From a virus (taxonomy: Duplodnaviria > Caudoviricetes): a stretch of DNA of 40,719 nt. Made by a program: the position numbers and the translations under genes. The notes below the pieces were generated by a model. The model was given only the letters and a program-made list of their open reading frames with translations, ran no database searches and was not told where the DNA came from. Numbering within the stretch: position 1 is the stretch's first letter; the number at the start of each line of letters is the position of its first letter. The stretch spans positions 1-40,719 of IMG/VR virus record IMGVR_UViG_3300038673_000482; one strand, 5' to 3'. Shown in pieces: positions 17,479 through 26,925 of the stretch.

Positions 17479-18044
17479 GACTCTCCGCCCTCGAAGTCTT
17501 CCTCGTTGTCGTAGTAGACGGTCCTCCCATGCCCCTTGAGGGGGATGTGGATGAACTTGTTCTCCTGGACCGGCATGTTCCAGTTCTCGAAATAGACCTC
17601 GTCAACGACGATCCGCATCGGTTTCGAGAGTGCGTTCCCGTTGAACTTCGTTGCGAGACCGATGAACTGGAAGAGGGCGACCTCGGAGGTATCTTCGACC
17701 TTCCCGCTCCCCAGGCGGCCGCTCGGGGCCATGATCAGGGTTGCGAGCCATTTCGTCGAGTCCGGTAGGAATCGGCCGTAGGTTGCATTCACGTCGACCT
17801 TGAAGTGGTGTCGTGCGACGCCTTCCCTGAACGTGCTGTCCTGTGCGTATTCCTCCTCATACTGCCATCCCGCGAGGACCTCCCATCCGTGGAGGGAGAG
17901 GAGAGTGTGATAGTTCGATGGAGTGAACACTCGGTATCCGTCTTCCTCTGGATCGTCGTAGGTCCCCTCATAGACGCGGACCTTGGCGGCCTGACCCCCG
18001 AAGTAGAGGGCCGCGCCGTCCGCAAATGTGTTGAAATCTGCCAT
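17475..18044 (-). CDS. Tail tube (major tail) protein
   Basis: Synteny; 189 aa, beta-rich; no sheath gene seen. Confidence 0.65.
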   Translation of the reverse strand: MADFNTFADGAALYFGGQAAKVRVYEGTYDDPEEDGYRVFTPSNYHTLLSLHGWEVLAGWQYEEEYAQDSTFREGVARHHFKVDVNATYGRFLPDSTKWLATLIMAPSGRLGSGKVEDTSEVALFQFIGLATKFNGNALSKPMRIVVDEVYFENWNMPVQENKFIHIPLKGHGRTVYYDNEEDFEGGES

Positions 18045-18047
18045 TCT

Positions 18048-18548
18048 TTACGCTCCGATTTGGTTAAGGGTGATCTGAAATGCGTGGATCAGGTAGTCGC
18101 CGGATCGCCGGTATCCTACCTTGACTTTCGTGTCGTCGATGGTCGCGACCCCGAAGACATACCCACTCTCAAGGACGGCCTGGATCACCTGGTTCTCGCC
18201 GGTGAACAGGTCGAGACAGTTGTATCCGAACTTCCTGACCTCCCGGAGGCCGGAGGGGATGTCCCGATACTGGTAGAATCCGATGATCGTCGTCGAGAAG
18301 TGATGCTCCGCAGAGAGACAATCTGCCCCCTGGGGATACATGATCCGGTCGCCGTCCCCGATGAGAGGGATGACCCGGACCTGGGGGAAGACGTCGATCC
18401 GGTTCGGTTCCTCATCGCCCTCGAGGACAGTGAGGGGCCGGGCTGCCTTCGGAACGAGGAGGTCCTCGTTGTCCCGGATCCTCTCGATGACAGCATCGAC
18501 ATAGGCGTCGATCAGCATCCAGGTAGGGATCGGGGGCGGAACTGTCAT
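18048..18548 (-). CDS. Tail terminator/completion protein
   Basis: Synteny; FPQVRV-type motif. Confidence 0.55.
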   Translation of the reverse strand: MTVPPPIPTWMLIDAYVDAVIERIRDNEDLLVPKAARPLTVLEGDEEPNRIDVFPQVRVIPLIGDGDRIMYPQGADCLSAEHHFSTTIIGFYQYRDIPSGLREVRKFGYNCLDLFTGENQVIQAVLESGYVFGVATIDDTKVKVGYRRSGDYLIHAFQITLNQIGA

Positions 18549-19045
18549 GACCAGGTCACCCCCTGGGGGGCTGCGAGGTCAAACATCTCCTGGAGAGCAT
18601 CGACCGCGTTCTCGACTCCCTCGGTGATCCCGTCCTGGAGGAATGTCCTGGGGCGGATCCCTTTCACACAGGCACGGAAGATGTCTTTCCCGGTCTTTCG
18701 GTCTTTCCAGTGGAGGGCTTTCGGCCGGTCGATCGCCATGATGGTCCCTGCATACCGGATCCCCGTCGCGCATATCGGGGTGTGGTGGGGGCCATAGAGG
18801 CCGGTCCCCCGGATCAGCCAGAGTGCATAGATCGTGTTGTTGAAGAGCTCGACCCGGTTCGAGGTCCGGTCCCCCTCGTGCCAGTGTTCCCGGAGATACC
18901 CCGTATCGACTGGTGAGTGGTCCTTGACGGACGTGAGGATCTCTCCCTGGAAGACGTCGAGGACCAGGTCAGAGACCTTCCTGACGTCAGTCACGGGGAG
19001 GTTGATCTCGACCTCGACCCGGGGGCTCTTCATGGGATCAACCAT
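18545..19045 (-). CDS. HK97 gp10-like neck protein
   Basis: SPVDTGYLR..W, NNTIYA, GTGLYGP, KALHW, VKGIRPR.FL. Confidence 0.85.
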   Translation of the reverse strand: MVDPMKSPRVEVEINLPVTDVRKVSDLVLDVFQGEILTSVKDHSPVDTGYLREHWHEGDRTSNRVELFNNTIYALWLIRGTGLYGPHHTPICATGIRYAGTIMAIDRPKALHWKDRKTGKDIFRACVKGIRPRTFLQDGITEGVENAVDALQEMFDLAAPQGVTWS

Positions 19046-19281
19046 CCCAAGTCGATTCCCCTCCCGAGGATGACCCCGAACAGTGTCGCGACTACCCCAA
19101 ATGCGATCCCGATGAGTGCATAGAGGATCGTCTTCTGGAGTGTTCTGACCTCGGCGATCCCGTCTTCGATCCGTTCCATCCGAGAGTCAAGGGAATCGTC
19201 CTTCTCCTTGAGTGTCGCGATCTTCGCGTCGATCACTTCGCGGTGCAGTTTGCATACGTCTGGTGTGATGGTCTCCGTCAT
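19030..19281 (-). CDS. Small coiled-coil plus C-terminal TM protein (XhlA-like architecture)
   Basis: Heptad region followed by ILYALIGIAFGVVATLFGVIL; GGAGGT RBS. Confidence 0.65.
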   Translation of the reverse strand: MTETITPDVCKLHREVIDAKIATLKEKDDSLDSRMERIEDGIAEVRTLQKTILYALIGIAFGVVATLFGVILGRGIDLGWLIP

Positions 19282-19288
19282 GTCGTGG

Positions 19289-20062
19289 TTACCTCCAGGG
19301 CCTCCCCAGGGTGGCCCTTCTCTGGTAGGGGAGGAGCCGGGTTTTGAGGTCCTCGGTAAAGATCTCGTCCCCGAGCTCCCGGAGGAGGTCGGCTGCCTGG
19401 TCAGTACTCTGCCATCTCGCGACGTCTGCCTCCTGGGATTTCTTTTTCTGTTCGAGATAGTTCGTGACCATCTCCTTTGTGATCGTCTTGATCTCCTGGA
19501 TGATCGGGTGTGCAGAGTCGTATCCTGCAGTGTAGGTGATCCGGACGTTCCCGTTCCCCATCCTGGGGACCTGCCGAAGGAATCGGATCCTCGTGAGGTC
19601 CCCCACCTGGAGGACCTGGTAGTCTCCTGCAGAGAGTTCCGTCCTGGGAGTCCGATCAGTCCATGAGATCACCCCGGAGGGCGACCCGGTATCTTCACTG
19701 ACAGACTCGATCGAGATCACGGGCTGCTCCCGGAGGAAGAAGATACGATCATCCTCCCGGATCTCCCCGAGCTCCCCGGTCCTCCCCCTTCCGTCGTGAT
19801 ACTCGACGACCTCGTGAGGGAGGAACGAGACCCGCCTGCAGAACCGATCGATCCATCCGGAGACTCCCAGGGCGAGCGACTCGAGGAGGGCGACCCATTC
19901 CGAGATCACCATCTCGTCATTCCCCGTCTTGAACGAGGTCTGGCAGTATCCCGCCCAGGCCTCGATCTCCTGCCTGGTGACGTAGCTCTGGGTCATGTTC
20001 GCGATCCGCTTGGTTGTCCTCTCCCCCAGGGCGAGGATGATCGTGTCTTCTGACTCCGGCAT
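19289..20062 (-). CDS. Head-tail adaptor (gp6/gp15-like)
   Basis: YVT..EI, WIDRFCRR.F, EYHDG.G, PVISIESV, NVRITYTAGY, C-terminal L.PY.R. Confidence 0.8.
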   Translation of the reverse strand: MPESEDTIILALGERTTKRIANMTQSYVTRQEIEAWAGYCQTSFKTGNDEMVISEWVALLESLALGVSGWIDRFCRRVSFLPHEVVEYHDGRGRTGELGEIREDDRIFFLREQPVISIESVSEDTGSPSGVISWTDRTPRTELSAGDYQVLQVGDLTRIRFLRQVPRMGNGNVRITYTAGYDSAHPIIQEIKTITKEMVTNYLEQKKKSQEADVARWQSTDQAADLLRELGDEIFTEDLKTRLLPYQRRATLGRPWR

Positions 20063-20084
20063 GGTCCCCTCTCAAAAAAGGGGA

Positions 20085-20615
20085 TTAGCCGAAGAGGTTC
20101 ACGGCCGGATCGTTCGGCAGGGGCTTGATCTGGAGCTCGATCGGGCTCGTCTGACTGTCCCCGAGCATGAACGAGTTGAGGACATACAGGATGTTGTTGT
20201 CCGCGATCCCGGTCGCCGAGGGCGTGGTCCCGAAGCATCCGCGCTTGATCACGATCAGGGTCCCGGTTGAGGACTCGGAGGTCGCGTCGTAGACTTCCAT
20301 GATCTCGCCAGAGGCGGTCTGGACATAGAAGTTCTCGTTCGACCGATTGATCCCGGTGTTCGTGGTGACCCCGACGATGTCATAGGCGATCGACATTGTG
20401 GTTGCGGTATAGGCAGTGCTGCCATTGTTGACGGCGAGCTGCCCCCGCACTACAGTCGCGGCACCCCCGGCAATCAGCCGGGCCGCGATAAGGGAGACTC
20501 CCTTATACTCTTTCAGGATCACCCAGTCATACTGCTCGGCCTGCTTGACCTTCGCGATGACGTCCATCCCGGGCATCCTCTGGAACTTCTTCTCGGTAAT
20601 TTCTGATGCTGCCAT
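20085..20615 (-). CDS. Putative capsid decoration/virion protein
   Basis: Directly after the major capsid gene; GGTGA RBS; followed by a T-run; contains an EIM.V...L.V.KRG.FGT repeat unit. Confidence 0.55.
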   Translation of the reverse strand: MAASEITEKKFQRMPGMDVIAKVKQAEQYDWVILKEYKGVSLIAARLIAGGAATVVRGQLAVNNGSTAYTATTMSIAYDIVGVTTNTGINRSNENFYVQTASGEIMEVYDATSESSTGTLIVIKRGCFGTTPSATGIADNNILYVLNSFMLGDSQTSPIELQIKPLPNDPAVNLFG

Positions 20616-20626
20616 GGTTATTCACC

Positions 20627-21994
20627 TCAAGACAAGGTCGGGATAGCCCAGACTCCACCCTGCATGGAGAGGCAGGTGGACGTGTCGGGCGAGTAGTCGG
20701 TCTTGTCGATCAGACACTCCGCGCAGGAGATCACGTAGGACTTTGACGTGTTGATGTTGGCGAGCTCCTCGAAGGATTCAGCCCAGAGGACCCGGCGCTC
20801 GATCGTGTCGGTGTTCAGCATGAAGATGTTACCATTCCCGACTGCGTTCGGCATGAACGGGATCGGGATGAGCGGGATGATCCCGTTCGGCATGGCGATG
20901 TTGAGCTTGCTGATACCGTAGGTCGTGGTGACCATGTTGTCGACACCCCGGAACTGGTCGTTGAGTGCCGTCCGGACCCATGCGAACGTCCGATAGTCCG
21001 TCAGCATGACATCAGGGACCTGGTTCGAGTAGACCATCCTCCGGTATACCTCGTTCAGGTCGGGGTAGAGGTATTTCTTCCAGACGACTGCGGGGTCCGT
21101 GTCAGAGGACCAGGAGGTCGCGACCTTCCATGACGGGGAGGCGTGGGTCCTGGTGCCCGTCGCGGCAGTGTGGCCGGTGATCAGCTCGTAGAGACCTGCA
21201 TACTGCTTGGACCCGGCCGGCTGGAATGCGTTCTCGGTGTTCGAGAGGTCGCGGTTGACTCCCAGGAAGGACCGCTCCCTGAGCTGCTTGATCATCTCGT
21301 TCGAGGCCATGGTCCGGATTGACATGAGGTCACGGGCCGGGGTCTGGGCCTCGCCGGCGAGGATCGCCATCTTGGTGAGCCTGCCCTTCGAGTACATGAT
21401 CTTGACCGGAGTCATCTTCGTGATGTCTCCCAGGTCGGACTCGACGAGCTCCGGGTCTTCGCCATCGAAGTAGGCGGACCCGCCTCCGTTCGGGGTTACC
21501 GCGTCCCACTGGGCGTATTTGCCCTTACAGGCGACGGTGTTGAACAAGGTCTGGGTCGGAAGGATCTTCTTGAAGAGGATCGTGACCTGCTGGTCGCTGA
21601 TCGAGTGCATCAGGTTCGTATTGGTTGTCGTGGTTGCCTTCCGGATGTCATTCTCCGGAGCCATGATGTTGTCGATCTCGTCCAGGAGATCCATTTTTGC
21701 CTTCGAGATTTTCTTCTCGGTCTCTTCCAGAGTAGTGTCATAGAGGATCCCTGCCTTGATGATGTTCGGGTTGATGTAGTCCATCACCGGAATGATCACC
21801 TTGGCATGGGGGTCCGCCTCGAGGGTCGCGAGGAATCGCTCGGTCGCGAACTGGGTCGCCTTTGAGATGTCGACCATGTCGCCGTCTTCAATGTCACGGC
21901 CCCAGAAGGACCGGCCCCTCTGCCTCAGCTCATCAGTGGAGAGACTGAACGGAGCTCCGAACGTGGTGAGGGTCGGGTGTGCTGCGAGTGCCAT
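20627..21994 (-). CDS. Major capsid protein (HK97 fold) with probable cleaved N-terminal region
   Basis: Follows the protease; 455 aa; E.SFLG.N....F..YAGLYELI and PDVMLTD..T; GAGGT RBS. Confidence 0.85.
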   Translation of the reverse strand: MALAAHPTLTTFGAPFSLSTDELRQRGRSFWGRDIEDGDMVDISKATQFATERFLATLEADPHAKVIIPVMDYINPNIIKAGILYDTTLEETEKKISKAKMDLLDEIDNIMAPENDIRKATTTTNTNLMHSISDQQVTILFKKILPTQTLFNTVACKGKYAQWDAVTPNGGGSAYFDGEDPELVESDLGDITKMTPVKIMYSKGRLTKMAILAGEAQTPARDLMSIRTMASNEMIKQLRERSFLGVNRDLSNTENAFQPAGSKQYAGLYELITGHTAATGTRTHASPSWKVATSWSSDTDPAVVWKKYLYPDLNEVYRRMVYSNQVPDVMLTDYRTFAWVRTALNDQFRGVDNMVTTTYGISKLNIAMPNGIIPLIPIPFMPNAVGNGNIFMLNTDTIERRVLWAESFEELANINTSKSYVISCAECLIDKTDYSPDTSTCLSMQGGVWAIPTLS

Positions 21995-22000
21995 TTCTTG

Positions 22001-23137
22001 TTACCTCTGCAAAATCTTCTCTATCCGGGCCATCGTCGAGAGGGTCCCGGTGCCGGGGGGTGTGTTCGTCTTGCCGTCCAGGGAGGGCTTTGCCCCCTTC
22101 GCGATCGTCGGGTCGACCACGATCGTCCGGACCTGGGGGGTCCGCTTCTTGAGCTCGTTGAGCTCGGCCTCGAGGGCCGTGATACGGTCCGCCTGAGCCT
22201 TCACGATCGAGGGGTCAACCTTCTGTTCATCCTGGGGGACGTCCTCGGCTTTCTTGACCTCTTTCTTGTTGAGGCCAGTGCATTTCTCGAGGTCGTCCTC
22301 CTTCGCGACGTCGTCGAGGCCGGTCCCCTCTGCCTTCTCGACCTCCTCCTGGGCGGTCGGCGGGGGGATCGGCGGGAGCTCGTCCTGACCTTCCTCTGTC
22401 ACCTCGTTATCTCCTCCCCCGACCCCGAGGTGATCGGAGATCGCCATCACGGCCGAGAGGATCTCTTCCATGATCTCCTCTGGGCTCCTGGGGGCGTCCC
22501 CAGGGCCTCCGTCGACGGGAGGAGCTGCTGAATCTACTCCTGGTTCGTCCATCTTCCTGATTCTCCTTGTTCCATCCACCGTGGGGTGGATGAGCGCTGA
22601 TCCGCCAGAGGTCATCGCCTTGACGATCTCGACGAATGTGGTGCGATTCTTTCCGGTCCCCCTGGGGCAGAGGGAGATACTCCAGAGATACATCGCCTTG
22701 GTGATACAGGGCGAGGTCCTCTTATCGGCCGGGATATTGCATTCCCGGCTCCCTGCCTTGCGGGTCCCGAAGATACTCCACTCGTCGATCTCGCCTTTCA
22801 CGATGCCGTGCCAGATGTCATCAGTGTCCGGGGTTGCCTTGATCTCTCCCTCCACCTCAAGACCTCGAGTCACCTTCCCGTCAGAGAGGGTCACTTCGCC
22901 GTATCGGGCCTTCGTGATCCATCCGATCGGCCTCTCACTGTGATAGTAGTGGATGATCGGCAGGGCCATGAAGTCCTCAAGGGCCTTCGTGATCGCTCCT
23001 TCGGCGATGATCTCTTTCTCTCGGTCCATGGAGGGGGTCGTCGCGACGCCCCAGATCTTACGAGACTTGCCGTCGGTCGAGTGGTTGAGTTTAAACGTGA
23101 AGAGAGGATCCTCCTCTCGAGAAGCTCCGATCGGCAT
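22001..23137 (-). CDS. HK97-type prohead protease fused to an acidic scaffold-like region (start revised to MPIG)
   Basis: IWGVATTPSMDREKEII, IHYYHSERPIG, GEIDEWSIFG, LWSISLC; coiled-coil C-terminus; TTTATAA promoter 32 nt upstream. Confidence 0.85.
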   Translation of the reverse strand: MPIGASREEDPLFTFKLNHSTDGKSRKIWGVATTPSMDREKEIIAEGAITKALEDFMALPIIHYYHSERPIGWITKARYGEVTLSDGKVTRGLEVEGEIKATPDTDDIWHGIVKGEIDEWSIFGTRKAGSRECNIPADKRTSPCITKAMYLWSISLCPRGTGKNRTTFVEIVKAMTSGGSALIHPTVDGTRRIRKMDEPGVDSAAPPVDGGPGDAPRSPEEIMEEILSAVMAISDHLGVGGGDNEVTEEGQDELPPIPPPTAQEEVEKAEGTGLDDVAKEDDLEKCTGLNKKEVKKAEDVPQDEQKVDPSIVKAQADRITALEAELNELKKRTPQVRTIVVDPTIAKGAKPSLDGKTNTPPGTGTLSTMARIEKILQR

Positions 23138-23347
23138 TGATACTCTGGTATCGGGCAGAGTGTTATAAACAGGAATTAAAAGCAGGGTTTTACCCCAGGG
23201 GGTCAAGGTGGCATCTTGACAGGGTTGTTATCCCCCTGGGGGAGGCTTTCCCATATGTCGAAAAGAGAGGAGGGGTCCCCCGACCACCCTCCTCATACCC
23301 GGGTTATCCGGGCCAGTTATATACTGGAATGAGCACACCTACAGAGC

Positions 23348-23635
23348 ATGGCAGAGTTAAGTGATATTGTGAAGCTCCTCGTGGCAGGGGGCCTCGCAGG
23401 GTTCGGGGTGGGGCTCCTCGCCTCGCCGGTGTTTATGATGATGCTTGCCCCTGGAGTTATCAATCCGATCGTCGACCTCATCGGGGCCGCGATCGTGGCG
23501 GCTCCTTGTGTGATCATCGCAGGGTGGATCTGGAAAAGAGTTGGGGACCGTGATGGCCTGAACGATTTTTATGGAGTCACGATCCTCGGGGTCGCCCTGG
23601 TTACCATCTTCGTGAAGGTCACGTTCTATATGTGA
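23348..23635 (+). CDS. Small membrane protein (about 3 TM), antisense to the head operon
   Basis: Very hydrophobic 95 aa; TTATATA at 23317, 31 nt before the ATG. Confidence 0.7.
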   Translation: MAELSDIVKLLVAGGLAGFGVGLLASPVFMMMLAPGVINPIVDLIGAAIVAAPCVIIAGWIWKRVGDRDGLNDFYGVTILGVALVTIFVKVTFYM

Positions 23636-25691
23636 CCTTCCGGACGTCCCCAGGGTAGACGATTGCCTTCTGCAGGGATGCGTCTCCCTCTACAAATTTG
23701 TCACGGTATACATCGAGCACATCTTGAAGGACTTTATTTATCTCTTTTTCGTCGAGCATGTCTGAAAATGTCGTGTATATCTCAGTCTTGATCTTAGCAA
23801 TCGGCCCCCATATCGACTCATCAGGGTGCATGTTCTTCAATGTCCAGAGGTCAGACGCGAGGTTCCAGGTATAGTTATTGTAGTGTATACCCTCCTCCTC
23901 GATTCTCTCTCGATAATGTGGGAACTCGACTTTTTGGGAGAGTTTTCCCCTTTCCTTAATGTTCTTCTTCTCACTTCTGCAGTCGATCTCGTGGTCCCAC
24001 CAGGGGACGCCCTCCAGGTCATCGGGATCGACGGGCTCGACAGTGATCACACGCCATTTAGTGTGGAAATTCCCTCCAGTGGGGAGGGGGACGTTGTATC
24101 TCGCATTTGGCGCGACATTCACATCCTCGATTTTCGTTACCTTGTATCTCATTCCGTGAGGCAGGATATATTCCCACTCCGATCCCCCGAGGTATATCCC
24201 ATGGAGTCCATTAGGGTTGACGATTGAGAGGACGACCGGGAGGCCCTCGGGGTTCCCGGGGGTCTCTGGTTTGACTTTTCCATGAGCGTAGTTCCCTCTT
24301 GCAGTGAATTCAAAACTCGTCCATGGGTCGAGACTCCAGGAGGTGAAGGAGGGGTCGATCAGTATATCCCCTGGGGCGAGTTTTGAGTCATCTTCGACCC
24401 CCAGGGATTTCAGTGAGGCAACGCCATGGAGGATAGGTCGGTCCTCTTCAATTGTTACTCTCTCCATCAGAGCGTCTATTGCCATGACATATTTCTGGGC
24501 TCGGGCCATCTCAAAACTTGAGATCTTCCGTTCCCCGTCCCAGTATCTTCCGTCTTGTCGAAGGGCGGCCTTCATGTAATTGAATCCACTTCCGGAGTAG
24601 TCGGAAATCGCAGCTTTCACATTTTTTGGGAGGCTGTCCAGGGTGTCGTATCTGGGATCGGCCGAGGGGTGTGCCTCTGACCATTTTCTAATCTCCTCGG
24701 CTGTTTCAACGAGATGTTTGTCCTCTCCGACATATCGGTAATGGGGGTGCGCCCAGGAGTGATCAGGGTCGCCGTCATCGTATTTCTTGATGAAGTCCTC
24801 CTCTTTTGAGATGAGCGACCCGCTCGACTGGTAATTAATGAGGGTTGCCACCTTCGCCCAGTCATATTTCCATTTTGGCGAGAACTCTGCTTTCGCATAG
24901 TCGTCCTTCTCCACAATGTCGGCAGTGGCATAATCGGCGATATTCCAGGGGGTAGTATAGGTAGATTGACCCTCTGGTGAGTTCTTTACCATCAGGTCAT
25001 ATAGTGCCCGCTGGAGTGCCTCCTTTCGCAGGATTGGATCGGGCGTTCGCTCGGATTGAGTGTCTCCGCTCAAGATGTTTGGCATGGGGGATTCGGGATC
25101 GATCTCTTTGTACTTCTGTATGAGATGTCTTTGCGCGAGGTCGAACCATTCAGTGATGAATACCCTCCATGCAGTAGAGGGGGTCATCCCGCCTCCTAGG
25201 GAGACGCCTTTGTCAATGATCACTTTGAGGACCCAGTCATACGGGAGTCCTACATTGGGGTCGAAAATAAAGTCCCTGAAATATGTGGACTCCCAGAGGT
25301 ATACTTTATCAAAATTGTCCTGCCCGTCATAGAGTCGGGGGTAGTCCATTCCCTTCTCCGCTAATCCTACCGAGTATATCAGGTTCTCGAGGTTCCAGTG
25401 GAATCGATCAAGGAATTGCGGGGGTGCCTGCTTGACGAAGGGGTAGAACTCCCAGTTTCTCTCCCGGGGGACGTCCCACCCCTCCACGATGAGGGGAGAT
25501 TTTTCCTCATCAGGGACAGCCCCTTGAGATGAAGGTGCTGTCTCCTCCTGGGGCTTTTCTGGTTTCTCGCTCGGGATGTAGTAGACTCCCCCGTGAGGTC
25601 CCTTGTAGAGTTTCGTCCCAGGGGCGACTTTCTGCCCGGGTTTCACGTAGACCTTCGTGACCGGGCCGGCTTTCTCGATCCAGAGGCTCAT
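23619..25691 (-). CDS. ADP-ribosyltransferase (VIP2/Alt-like) effector with an N-terminal motif shared with the portal
   Basis: AISDYSGSGFNYMKAALR, IDALM, PILHGV, GDILIDPSFTSWSLD, GIYLGGSEWEYILPHG.RYKV fit the R-S-E ART pattern, with His in place of Arg. Confidence 0.8.
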   Translation of the reverse strand: MSLWIEKAGPVTKVYVKPGQKVAPGTKLYKGPHGGVYYIPSEKPEKPQEETAPSSQGAVPDEEKSPLIVEGWDVPRERNWEFYPFVKQAPPQFLDRFHWNLENLIYSVGLAEKGMDYPRLYDGQDNFDKVYLWESTYFRDFIFDPNVGLPYDWVLKVIIDKGVSLGGGMTPSTAWRVFITEWFDLAQRHLIQKYKEIDPESPMPNILSGDTQSERTPDPILRKEALQRALYDLMVKNSPEGQSTYTTPWNIADYATADIVEKDDYAKAEFSPKWKYDWAKVATLINYQSSGSLISKEEDFIKKYDDGDPDHSWAHPHYRYVGEDKHLVETAEEIRKWSEAHPSADPRYDTLDSLPKNVKAAISDYSGSGFNYMKAALRQDGRYWDGERKISSFEMARAQKYVMAIDALMERVTIEEDRPILHGVASLKSLGVEDDSKLAPGDILIDPSFTSWSLDPWTSFEFTARGNYAHGKVKPETPGNPEGLPVVLSIVNPNGLHGIYLGGSEWEYILPHGMRYKVTKIEDVNVAPNARYNVPLPTGGNFHTKWRVITVEPVDPDDLEGVPWWDHEIDCRSEKKNIKERGKLSQKVEFPHYRERIEEEGIHYNNYTWNLASDLWTLKNMHPDESIWGPIAKIKTEIYTTFSDMLDEKEINKVLQDVLDVYRDKFVEGDASLQKAIVYPGDVRKVTYRT

Positions 25692-26014
25692 TATCTCCGA
25701 GCTGGGTCCGTGTTCATCGCGATCATTTTGAGGTAGGTCTTCATCTGCTCTGTATCATTCCTGATTTCTTTCAGGAGGTCCGCGATCAAGAACAGGGCCT
25801 CGAATGGGTTGACCTGGTCCCCCGGGATCTCGAAGTGACTCGCGAGATCCCTGCATCTCTCCTGGATGATGGCCGTCGCCTTCTCGAGACTGGCCGGGTC
25901 GACGGTGACCTGCAGGTTCAAGGGATCGGCCTTCACTTCAACCTTTACGGGGACCGTCGTCGCGGTCTTCTCCGTCTTCTTCACCTTCGATCTGTCATAG
26001 ACTCCTTTTGGCAT
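25691..26014 (-). CDS. Small hypothetical protein between MuF and the ART
   Basis: 107 aa; TAATG coupling to the ART; contains SLEKA. Confidence 0.65.
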   Translation of the reverse strand: MPKGVYDRSKVKKTEKTATTVPVKVEVKADPLNLQVTVDPASLEKATAIIQERCRDLASHFEIPGDQVNPFEALFLIADLLKEIRNDTEQMKTYLKMIAMNTDPARR

Positions 26015-26017
26015 GGT

Positions 26018-26884
26018 TCAGTTCATCTCCTGTTTTTTCGTCGTCTTCTTCTTCTGTTTCGTCGCCGGCTCTTCCGGCCCCTTGAACTTCGGGCCGATCG
26101 TGCATCTGCAATTGATCACCTGCGCGAGGTCCGGCTGGAATGAGACGTCCCCGGGATACATCATCTTGCACCCTGGGACGGTCTTCGACCCGGGCGTCGG
26201 CTTGAACGAGGGGACCTCGAAGGGTTCCTCGACCGGGACGATCTTGTGGTGCATCTCCTTGTGGCTGTCCCGGGTCCGCTCGGAGGGGACCGTCGCGATC
26301 CACATCTTGTAGGGGGCGTATTTCCGGATCCTCTCCCAGGCGGCACGGTTATAGGCCTGGTTGATGCTCGTCCGAGCGATCATCTCTGCCCTGGGAAGGC
26401 CGATTGAGTTGAACTGCTCGGTGATGTCCCTCGAGATCCGGGTGATCCCGAGTCCCTGCTTGTCCGCGTCGATGATGGTTCGCATGACCTTCCTTCCCAG
26501 GTCTGCATTGATCCCTTTCAGGTCCGCGAGGCTGAGCTTGGCGAGCTCGTCGATGGCCTCCATGTCGGGCCGGGTCCAGTCGACCCCGGCGACGAGCTTT
26601 GTCTCGTATATTGGGGCCTGGGCCTGGACCTGCCCGACTGTGTAGTCGACCCCGCGCTCGTATCCCAGCTTGACGAACATCTCGATCAGGGCCTTCCCCT
26701 TGACCTGGAGATGATAGTTCAGGGACCGCTCGATCGCCCTCTCAAGCTCCTCCAGGTCGAGGGGGCCGGGGGCGATCACGATCGGCCTGATGTTCATGAG
26801 GATACTCTCCCGGGACCGGCGTAATGTTCCGAGAAGCTGCTGCAGATACAGAGTCCGCAGGGGTCGGACTGGATCAATAGCCAT
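26018..26884 (-). CDS. MuF / SPP1 gp7-like minor head protein (no toxin extension)
   Basis: RAEMIARTS..QAYN, KMW, RTRDSH...H, MMYPGD, INCRCT. Confidence 0.92.
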   Translation of the reverse strand: MAIDPVRPLRTLYLQQLLGTLRRSRESILMNIRPIVIAPGPLDLEELERAIERSLNYHLQVKGKALIEMFVKLGYERGVDYTVGQVQAQAPIYETKLVAGVDWTRPDMEAIDELAKLSLADLKGINADLGRKVMRTIIDADKQGLGITRISRDITEQFNSIGLPRAEMIARTSINQAYNRAAWERIRKYAPYKMWIATVPSERTRDSHKEMHHKIVPVEEPFEVPSFKPTPGSKTVPGCKMMYPGDVSFQPDLAQVINCRCTIGPKFKGPEEPATKQKKKTTKKQEMN

Positions 26885-26907
26885 GTGAGTGAGTGGGGAA
26901 GGGTCTG

Positions 26908-26925
26908 TATTATACAGGAATCAGG
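26908..26925 (-). promoter_or_regulatory. Late-type promoter CCTGATTCCTGTATAATA
   Basis: TATA begins 30 nt upstream of the MuF ATG; identical copy at 39951-39968. Confidence 0.75.

Noticed and set aside
23228-23296. 22-codon ORF downstream of the minus-strand promoter variant at 23317-23330
   Set aside because: Too short and featureless; the TATA is better explained by the plus-strand membrane gene.
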